Source: an uncultured virus (IMG/VR IMGVR_UViG_3300037631_003085)
Taxonomy: Duplodnaviria; Heunggongvirae; Uroviricota; Caudoviricetes
Length of the DNA: 64,000 nt
IMG/VR virus record: IMGVR_UViG_3300037631_003085
Direction: 5' to 3' (one strand)
Both the position numbers and the translations under genes were made by a program. This document shows positions 1-5,748 of this stretch, one piece after another. A model generated the notes under the pieces. That model did not search any database and had not been told where the DNA came from. It saw nothing but the letters and a program-made list of their open reading frames with translations. The number at the start of each line of letters is the position of its first letter. Positions within the stretch are counted from its first letter, which is position 1.

Positions 1-52
1 GTTTACTCTACCATATTCTGGTATAATTTTATAAAATCATTTACGAAAAAAG

Positions 53-592
53 ATGACTAAGACTTTTTTAGAAATAGGTTCATGTGATTTTGATACACTA
101 TCATATATGTCGTTCCATGGTTGGCACGGTGTGGTCATGGAACCTATACCAAAATACTTTAACAATATAAAGTTCGAAGAAAACATACACTATGTAAATG
201 CAGCAATATACCCAACTGATGGGTTGGCTACTATGTATATGGCTAGCGATGAGGTTATAGAAAAAGATTCAGACTTCAAAGGTATGAGTACCTTACTCGA
301 AAACTCTAATGTAAATCTTACTATACCGATTGAGGTTAGAACCATGTGCTTTGATACGTTGTTTAAATTAACCAATATTGATGAAATTGATTATCTAAAA
401 ATAGATACTGAGGGTTATGATGGTGAAGTACTACGTATGTTCCCATGGCACCGATGTAAACCTAAATACATAAAGTTTGAATCCGAACATCTTGTTTTAA
501 ATGGATGGGAAGCTGATATAATGGAGTTATTAAAAGTCAATGGGTATCACGTGGAGATTGATGAACGTAATTGGTACGCTATAAAACTTTAA
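53..592 (+). CDS. FkbM-family SAM-dependent methyltransferase
   Basis: FLEIGS motif I, G-VVMEP, NAAI and IDYLKIDTEGYD motifs typical of FkbM/Methyltransf_21. Confidence 0.85.
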   Translation: MTKTFLEIGSCDFDTLSYMSFHGWHGVVMEPIPKYFNNIKFEENIHYVNAAIYPTDGLATMYMASDEVIEKDSDFKGMSTLLENSNVNLTIPIEVRTMCFDTLFKLTNIDEIDYLKIDTEGYDGEVLRMFPWHRCKPKYIKFESEHLVLNGWEADIMELLKVNGYHVEIDERNWYAIKL

Positions 593-643
593 CAATTTAG
601 TAACAATCTAATTTTGCAGTTTAAAATATTATTCGTATATTGG
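589..643 (+). promoter_or_regulatory. Bacteroidota-type promoter with upstream TTAACA-N5-GTAACA box
   Basis: TTAACA 589-594, GTAACA 600-605, TTTG 613-616, 19-nt spacer, TATATTGG 636-643. Confidence 0.65.
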
Positions 644-665
644 TAGAGATAAACATTGAAGAAAT

Positions 666-995
666 ATGAAATATAATAAAATCACAAATGAAAAATCAGC
701 ACTTGAATTAGTTGGTAACACTTCTCTAAAGGACCGATTGATTGGTTGGAACTACAAACAACTCGTTGCCACCTTTGGTGACCCAACATTCTCAAACGAA
801 AGTGGTGATGGTAAGATTCAAAAAGAATGGGTATTCCAACGTACCTCAGATGGTGAAATATTTACTATCTACGATTGGAAGACGTATGATACCGAATACA
901 CTACTACTATGAACTCTGATTGGAACGTTGGTGGTAAAACATATGCTGGTGATTTTGTCATTGATTTAATAACTGAACTTAAAAAGAAAAACTAA
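666..995 (+). CDS. hypothetical phage protein
   Basis: 109-aa ORF directly behind the promoter; FG-P...K...EW...FTIYDWK pattern resembles small phage proteins. Confidence 0.75.
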   Translation: MKYNKITNEKSALELVGNTSLKDRLIGWNYKQLVATFGDPTFSNESGDGKIQKEWVFQRTSDGEIFTIYDWKTYDTEYTTTMNSDWNVGGKTYAGDFVIDLITELKKKN

Positions 996-996
996 T

Positions 997-1158
997 ATGA
1001 GTAAGTATTCATTTTATTCAATTGACGATTCGACTAAAGAATCGATTTATACGTGTGACGCATCCTCATTAGAAGAAGCACGAAGTGTATTTGCCAAAGG
1101 TAAGTTATTAGAATTAGAGGTTTTTGATAAATTGTACTCAGTTAAAAAGTGTGGATAG
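997..1158 (+). CDS. small hypothetical protein (53 aa, MSKYSFYSIDDSTKESIY...), not in ORF track
   Basis: ATG 997 to TAG 1158 fills the gap between neighbours with 1-nt spacing on each side. Confidence 0.6.
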   Translation: MSKYSFYSIDDSTKESIYTCDASSLEEARSVFAKGKLLELEVFDKLYSVKKCG

Positions 1159-1159
1159 T

Positions 1160-1915
1160 ATGACGATAGATAAAGTCTATATAATTACAATTGACCAATC
1201 CGCTGATAATTATAATAGTATCTTAAAAAGATTGAACGCGTTATCCTTACCTAATCACACAACGTACCATATAATTGATGGTGTAAATGGTCGTGAAGAA
1301 TTATCTACCGATGAACTTAGAGATAGTCATGGTGTGAGTTTCTATAAAGATTGGGTTGCCAATTCCGAATCAAATGGTAATTCATTTTACAATAGAAATG
1401 TTACTGTTGGTGAGGCTGGTGGTATGTGTTCTCATATAAGAGTATGGGAAGATGCATATAAGAACGGACATGAAACTATACTGATATTAGAAGATGACTT
1501 CGAGCCCATTACGGAGTTTCCATGGGAATCATTTGATGAACTCCAAGACTATGATTGGGATTTAGCTTTCTTATCAAGAACGTTAGTACCTAATATGGAT
1601 GGGGTTAGTGATAGTAATGTGGGGTTGGCTAATTGGGTAAGTCCTGGTTATTCATATAACACACATTCATATGTAATTACACGTGAAGGACTACGTAAGA
1701 TTATAGAATATAATTTAGATACATTAAAAAATAATATAATAGTATCAGATGAATTCTTACCATCTACATACACCTATCACCCAAGACAAGATATGCGTAC
1801 TATGTTTAAACGTAATATGAACGCTATCGCACACAAGGTGAGTTTAGTTGGTCAAACTCGATTTGAATCAGCCGGCAACTCATTAACCGAACCAATTGAA
1901 GGTATAGATTATTAA
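1160..1915 (+). CDS. glycosyltransferase family 25 (Lex2B/LgtB-like)
   Basis: KVYIIT, DGVNG, GEAGGMCSH-RVW, ILILEDD motifs; start moved to ATG 1160 after the upstream small ORF. Confidence 0.85.
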   Translation: MTIDKVYIITIDQSADNYNSILKRLNALSLPNHTTYHIIDGVNGREELSTDELRDSHGVSFYKDWVANSESNGNSFYNRNVTVGEAGGMCSHIRVWEDAYKNGHETILILEDDFEPITEFPWESFDELQDYDWDLAFLSRTLVPNMDGVSDSNVGLANWVSPGYSYNTHSYVITREGLRKIIEYNLDTLKNNIIVSDEFLPSTYTYHPRQDMRTMFKRNMNAIAHKVSLVGQTRFESAGNSLTEPIEGIDY

Positions 1916-1918
1916 ATT

Positions 1919-2236
1919 ATGAATGAACAAGAACTACACAAACTATTAGAGATTCAATACCTAAAAGGTCGTATTGATGAACTACATAAAGCAATACCAA
2001 CTGTAACTGATTTGAGTCGTAGTCGTAAGTTAGACCAACGATTGGATAAGTACTACAACAAGTTAAAGTCAATTGATGAGATGGCATATCACTTGTATCA
2101 AGTAGAGCATACTAATCAACAAATTTCAAAAAAGAAATCTAAAGATTTTATGAAAGAACTTTTGGAAAAAGTGATACCACATATTAGTAATAGTGGGTTG
2201 GTGCATGAAATAGAAAATCAAATATCTAAATATTAA
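1919..2236 (+). CDS. hypothetical protein
   Basis: 105-aa ORF tightly packed in the operon. Confidence 0.7.
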   Translation: MNEQELHKLLEIQYLKGRIDELHKAIPTVTDLSRSRKLDQRLDKYYNKLKSIDEMAYHLYQVEHTNQQISKKKSKDFMKELLEKVIPHISNSGLVHEIENQISKY

Positions 2237-2239
2237 GTT

Positions 2240-2614
2240 ATGTCTGAAAAGATTTATGTCCGTAAAGTAGAGACTTGGACAATCTCATCGGCAAGTGAAC
2301 CTATTGAGGTTAACGTAGAAGCGCTTCGTAAATGTGAACCCCCATACGAAGGAGACTCTGACCAAGAGTTAGTTAACTATCTTCAAAACAACGTATTCAT
2401 GGAGTATGAGTTCTACGAAAACGAAACCAACATCGAGGCGTATGGTGAAGATGCTGTTTTTGACTTGGTTATGGAAGAGGCATATGTAGACAATGAGTTC
2501 TTTGATTCACGTAATAAGGGTGAAGAGTCGAGTCTTCAGATAGGTATTCCCGATGAGGAGTGGTCAAAGTATGGTGGTTTCCAACCATTAGCAAACGGAG
2601 AATACGAATATTAA
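2240..2614 (+). CDS. hypothetical acidic protein
   Basis: 124-aa ORF tightly packed in the operon. Confidence 0.7.
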   Translation: MSEKIYVRKVETWTISSASEPIEVNVEALRKCEPPYEGDSDQELVNYLQNNVFMEYEFYENETNIEAYGEDAVFDLVMEEAYVDNEFFDSRNKGEESSLQIGIPDEEWSKYGGFQPLANGEYEY

Positions 2615-2622
2615 ATAGGGTA

Positions 2623-2696
2623 GGACTCGTAGCTCAGCTGGATAGAGCATCTGCCTTCTAAGCAGACGGTCATAGGTTCGAATCCTATCGGGTTCA
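2623..2696 (+). tRNA. tRNA-Arg(TCT)
   Basis: Cloverleaf GGACTCG/CGGGTTC, anticodon arm TCTGC-CTTCTAA-GCAGA, T arm ATAGG-TTCGAAT-CCTAT; no encoded CCA. Confidence 0.95.
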
Positions 2697-2699
2697 CAT

Positions 2700-2783
2700 A
2701 GAGTGGGTAAAAAGTTTAGTACACCTCTGCAGGGGTAAATGTAAGTTACTATTAATAGGACTACGTATCCTAACGACTACTCT
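2700..2783 (+). ncRNA. possible structured RNA inside the tRNA array
   Basis: Closing stem AGAGTGG/CTACTCT, internal hairpins ACCTC-TGCA-GGGGT and TAGGA-CTACGTA-TCCTA. Confidence 0.35.
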
Positions 2784-2788
2784 TATTT

Positions 2789-2860
2789 GCTCGGTTCGTC
2801 TATCGGTTAGGACCTATGGTTTTCATCCATAAAAGAGGGGTTCGATTCCCCTACCGAGTA
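2789..2860 (+). tRNA. tRNA-Glu(TTC)
   Basis: GCTCGGT/ACCGAGT acceptor, TATGG-TTTTCAT-CCATA anticodon arm, AGGGG-TTCGATT-CCCCT T arm. Confidence 0.95.
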
Positions 2861-2864
2861 CAAT

Positions 2865-2935
2865 TGTCCGATGGTGTAATGGCAACACTTCTGTTTTTGG
2901 TACAGACATTCAAGGTTCGAGTCCTTGTCGGATAA
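2865..2935 (+). tRNA. tRNA-Gln(TTG)
   Basis: TGTCCGA/TCGGATA acceptor, TCTGT-TTTTGGT-ACAGA anticodon arm, CAAGG-TTCGAGT-CCTTG T arm. Confidence 0.95.
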
Positions 2936-2988
2936 CTAAGTTTACTAAAGTTGAGTAGACTATTTATTTAAAATTAAATTACAAAGTC

Positions 2989-3246
2989 ATGAGTAAAATT
3001 TCAAGAAGATTATTCCAAGCATTGGAATCAAAATATACGGCAGAGATTATGGATGCAAGAGCACGTATCTCTATCTACTTTGAAAATCCGGTAGCTATCG
3101 GAGAACACCCACAACATACTGAAGAGATTGATTTGTTAGTATCACAGTTGACTGATGCTACTGATAAACTATCTACACTACGTGATAACTTTGGCCAAGA
3201 GTATGGTGAGTTTGATGATAACGACAAACAAGTATTAAAGGGATAA
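2989..3246 (+). CDS. conserved T4-like phage hypothetical protein
   Basis: 85 aa with NPVAIGEHP motif of a small protein I recognise from T4-like aquatic phages. Confidence 0.75.
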   Translation: MSKISRRLFQALESKYTAEIMDARARISIYFENPVAIGEHPQHTEEIDLLVSQLTDATDKLSTLRDNFGQEYGEFDDNDKQVLKG

Positions 3247-3255
3247 TATCCGCTA

Positions 3256-3340
3256 GGAAGATTGGCAGAGTGGTCGATTGCACTGGTCTTGAAAACCAGC
3301 GTACAGCAATGTACCATAGGTTCGAATCCTATATCTTCCG
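3256..3340 (+). tRNA. tRNA-Ser(TGA)
   Basis: GGAAGAT/ATCTTCC acceptor, CTGGT-CTTGAAA-ACCAG, long variable arm GTACA-GCAA-TGTAC, T arm TTCGAAT, G73. Confidence 0.95.
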
Positions 3341-3369
3341 CAATTCGCAGTCAAGTATTTTATATTTTA

Positions 3370-3401
3370 TTTGTTTTATTCAAAAAATTGTTGTATATTG
3401 T
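3370..3401 (+). promoter_or_regulatory. Bacteroidota-type sigma-A promoter for the Gly tRNA cluster
   Basis: TTTG 3370-3373, 20-nt spacer, TATATTGT 3394-3401. Confidence 0.6.
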
Positions 3402-3413
3402 ATAAACAATAAC

Positions 3414-3485
3414 GCGGGAGAAGACTTAAAAGAAAGTCGTCTATCATCCAGATAGAAGGTGTTGGGGCAGTACCAACCTCCCGCT
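3414..3485 (+). tRNA. non-canonical tRNA-Gly(TCC)-like RNA, copy 1
   Basis: Perfect 72-nt cloverleaf: GCGGGAG/CTCCCGC, GACT/AGTC, TCTAT-CATCCAG-ATAGA, GTTGG-GGCAGTA-CCAAC, U73; lacks U8, U33 and TTC. Confidence 0.8.
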
Positions 3486-3488
3486 CAA

Positions 3489-3548
3489 AGAGAATGGTTA
3501 AAGATTGGGATAAGGCCGCTCAATTTAAGCTACCGGTTATCATTCTCT
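3489..3548 (+). ncRNA. possible structured spacer RNA between the two non-canonical tRNAs
   Basis: 10-bp closing stem AGAGAATGGT/ATCATTCTCT with inner hairpin GATTGGG/CTCAATT. Confidence 0.35.
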
Positions 3549-3553
3549 ATAAT

Positions 3554-3625
3554 GCGGAAGAGGAGTTAAGAGAAACTCGTTGAACATCCAGTTCAAAGAT
3601 GGTGGGGCGGAGCCACCCTTCCGCT
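3554..3625 (+). tRNA. non-canonical tRNA-Gly(TCC)-like RNA, copy 2
   Basis: Perfect 72-nt cloverleaf: GCGGAAG/CTTCCGC, GAGT/ACTC, TTGAA-CATCCAG-TTCAA, GGTGG-GGCGGAG-CCACC, U73; covaries with copy 1. Confidence 0.8.
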
Positions 3626-3631
3626 CAATAA

Positions 3632-3704
3632 GCGAAAGTAGCTCAGCTGGTAGAGCATCACCTTGCCAAGGTGGGGGTCGCGAGTTCGAATCTCGTCTTT
3701 CGCT
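3632..3704 (+). tRNA. tRNA-Gly(GCC)
   Basis: GCGAAAG/CTTTCGC acceptor, TCACC-TTGCCAA-GGTGG, GCGAG-TTCGAAT-CTCGT, U73; fully canonical. Confidence 0.95.
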
Positions 3705-3716
3705 CTAAGATTCTTA

Positions 3717-4001
3717 ATGAACAAGAAAGAACACATATCTAAACTTTGGAATAAGAAAGACGTATCTGATATAATTCTGATGATGTATACTCTTATAGAA
3801 AATACTGATTGGGATGTAACTGAGAAGAAGAAGTCATACGCTGTATTGAAGGGTATAATTGCATACACTGATAGGGGTGATGACTTGTTATCACATCATA
3901 GAGATTACTTACACAAAGAATGGAGTGATGCTTGGGAAGACCAAATAGATAACTCAGCAAGAGAAGAAATAAAAGAGTGGTTATTAGGACCAGCACTTTA
4001 A
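3717..4001 (+). CDS. hypothetical protein
   Basis: ORF restarted at ATG 3717 because the track start lies inside tRNA-Gly(GCC). Confidence 0.65.
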   Translation: MNKKEHISKLWNKKDVSDIILMMYTLIENTDWDVTEKKKSYAVLKGIIAYTDRGDDLLSHHRDYLHKEWSDAWEDQIDNSAREEIKEWLLGPAL

Positions 4002-4008
4002 TAAGAAT

Positions 4009-4443
4009 ATGATACATTGGTTTTATGGACAGCCAGGAAGTGGTAAGACCACACTGGCTAAAGCTATGATAAGTAACTCACCTCAATTGGAGTTTAAGAA
4101 ACACATACATATTGATGGTGATGAAATGAGAACTATCTTTAATAATAAAGATTACTCAAAAGAAGGTAGGTTGAATAACTTACGTAATGTTAATAATATA
4201 GCAAGATTCTTAGAATACAAAGGGTACGATGTATTCGTATCAGTTGTTGCTCCTTACAATGATATACGTGATGAGCTAAGGGATTTAGATATTAATTACT
4301 ATTACGTACATACAACTGAAACGAGGGGTCGTGAAGATTACTTTGCGTCTGATTTTGAATTCAACGACTCTGATATTAAAATTAACACAACAAACAAATC
4401 AGTTACTGAATCATTAAATGAAGTATTCACTATTCATAGGTAG
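4009..4443 (+). CDS. cysC: adenylyl-sulfate kinase-like P-loop kinase
   Basis: WFYGQPGSGKTT P-loop, IDGDEMR, YSKEGRLNN and VAPY motifs. Confidence 0.75.
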   Translation: MIHWFYGQPGSGKTTLAKAMISNSPQLEFKKHIHIDGDEMRTIFNNKDYSKEGRLNNLRNVNNIARFLEYKGYDVFVSVVAPYNDIRDELRDLDINYYYVHTTETRGREDYFASDFEFNDSDIKINTTNKSVTESLNEVFTIHR

Positions 4444-4768
4444 GTGGCAACCATGGCACGAAGGTCATCAATGGTTAATTGACCAAGAGTTAAATAAAGG
4501 TAATAACGTTTGTCTTGCTATACGAGATGTGGAGGTTGATGAGAATAACCCATGGACCGCTAAACGTATACAAATGAGATTGGGTCACATTCACTACGAC
4601 TTGATAACTCAAGGTAGAATTAAAACTGTTATTATTCCTGACATACAATCGGTTAACTATGGTAGAGGTGTGGGTTATGACATAAATGAACACGTGCCAC
4701 CACAAGAGGTATCCGACATATCAGCTACTAAGATTCGAGAACAAATGAAAAAAGATGGTAAGTTATAA
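4418..4768 (+). CDS. HxGH nucleotidyltransferase (cytidylyltransferase-like)
   Basis: GRWQPWHEGH and ISATKIR motifs. Confidence 0.85.
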   Translation: MKYSLFIGRWQPWHEGHQWLIDQELNKGNNVCLAIRDVEVDENNPWTAKRIQMRLGHIHYDLITQGRIKTVIIPDIQSVNYGRGVGYDINEHVPPQEVSDISATKIREQMKKDGKL

Positions 4769-5154
4769 TGGAATTAATATCAACACATCCAGTTAAGAAA
4801 TCTGATTTAGGATTTCATGCTAATCTATTTGGTGGTAAGTTACTTGCTTGGTTAGATGCAGCTGGGGCTGCGTTTGCATCTCAAGTATGTGACACTCCAC
4901 GAGTCGTTACTATTAAGATAGACGAGTGTTTATTTAAACGACCAGCACGTGAGGGTCAGTTAATTAAGATATATGGTAGTGTTGCTGAGATAGGGACCAC
5001 TTCGGTTACATTGTATATGGAAGCAAGAGCACATAACGTATACTCAGGTAATCAATCAGTTATACTATCTACAAACATAAAATTCGTAAGGGTAGATGAA
5101 AATGGTGATTCAATACCTATATCGGATAGAGTTCGTGATAAATTTAAAAAATAG
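4768..5154 (+). CDS. HotDog-fold acyl-CoA thioesterase (YciA-like)
   Basis: DLGFHANLFGGKLLAWLD, VT..ID...FKRP, G.TS and FVRVDENG motifs. Confidence 0.85.
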   Translation: MELISTHPVKKSDLGFHANLFGGKLLAWLDAAGAAFASQVCDTPRVVTIKIDECLFKRPAREGQLIKIYGSVAEIGTTSVTLYMEARAHNVYSGNQSVILSTNIKFVRVDENGDSIPISDRVRDKFKK

Positions 5155-5155
5155 A

Positions 5156-5176
5156 TGTTGATAACTTTGTGGATAA
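5156..5176 (-). promoter_or_regulatory. tandem DnaA-box-like sites
   Basis: TGTTGATAA 5156-5164 and TGTGGATAA 5168-5176; the latter is the reverse complement of TTATCCACA. Confidence 0.4.
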
Positions 5177-5190
5177 CTTAGTATTTATAC

Positions 5191-5325
5191 ATGATGAAAA
5201 AAACAAAAGACACATTACAAAAAAAAGAGTTTACCATTCAAGAGATATGGCAGGCTATGCGTGGTAATGTACATAAAAGTAAAAAACAATATACGCGTAA
5301 GGCTAAACATAAGAAAAACTTATAG
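5191..5325 (+). CDS. 44-aa basic protein, candidate ArfA/BrfA-like ribosome rescue factor (not in ORF track)
   Basis: MMKKTKDTLQKKEFTIQEIWQAMRGNVHKSKKQYTRKAKHKKNL; K-x-KK...Y-x-RK-x-KH tail; own TATTTATA motif upstream and hairpin downstream. Confidence 0.55.
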   Translation: MMKKTKDTLQKKEFTIQEIWQAMRGNVHKSKKQYTRKAKHKKNL

Positions 5326-5338
5326 TTTGCGTTACATC

Positions 5339-5370
5339 GTTAGTGATTTCTAAGTCACTAACTTTCTTAT
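5339..5370 (+). terminator. intrinsic terminator-like hairpin
   Basis: GTTAGTGA/TCACTAAC 8-bp stem followed by TTTCTTATTT. Confidence 0.55.
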
Positions 5371-5409
5371 TTAGATTCGTTCTAAATTTAAGATTAATTC
5401 AAATACTTC

Positions 5410-5440
5410 TTGGCATTTCGGATTTTTATTCGTATCTTTA
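5410..5440 (+). promoter_or_regulatory. Bacteroidota-type sigma-A promoter
   Basis: TTG 5410-5412, 20-nt spacer, TATCTTTA 5433-5440. Confidence 0.6.
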
Positions 5441-5475
5441 CATAGTAAAGAGAGATAATTAATAAAGAATAAAAA

Positions 5476-5661
5476 ATGAAAAAATCAATCAACGTAAGTC
5501 AAGAGAATTCAAAAATGTTAGGTGGTAAGTTATATATCACCGGTTTGAAAATGTCAAGATTGGGAGCCAAACTCTCAGAGTCTATCGTCAAGGGTAATAC
5601 AATCAATCACCCTACAATGGGTCTAATGTATGAATACAATGGTCCTTACTCTCGCAAGTAA
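5476..5661 (+). CDS. small hypothetical protein
   Basis: 61-aa ORF behind a promoter with an A-rich start region. Confidence 0.65.
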   Translation: MKKSINVSQENSKMLGGKLYITGLKMSRLGAKLSESIVKGNTINHPTMGLMYEYNGPYSRK

Positions 5662-5678
5662 AATAGTTTCAGAAAACT

Positions 5679-5734
5679 TTAACAATTTCTTAACATTAGG
5701 AACTTGTTTATATCGAATATATTCACTACTTTAG
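5679..5734 (+). promoter_or_regulatory. promoter with TTAACA-N5-TTAACA box
   Basis: TTAACA 5679-5684 and 5690-5695, TTG 5704-5706, 20-nt spacer, TACTTTAG 5727-5734. Confidence 0.7.
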
Positions 5735-5748
5735 TATAGTAATAAGAA

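Noticed and set aside
2789..2935. U-rich anticodon loops of tRNA-Glu and tRNA-Gln as nuclease-evasion changes
   Set aside because: As I recall, these loops are ordinary for Bacteroidota tRNAs; no claim is possible without the host sequence
3414..3625. Reading the odd tRNAs as decayed pseudogenes or as CAT (Met) anticodons
   Set aside because: All stems are intact with compensatory changes; the centred triplet of the 7-nt loop is TCC and the acceptor identity is Gly
3075..3868. Track ORFs 3075-3317(-), 3270-3455(+), 3593-3868(-) and the 5' part of 3663-4001
   Set aside because: They overlap clear tRNA genes, so they are shadow ORFs
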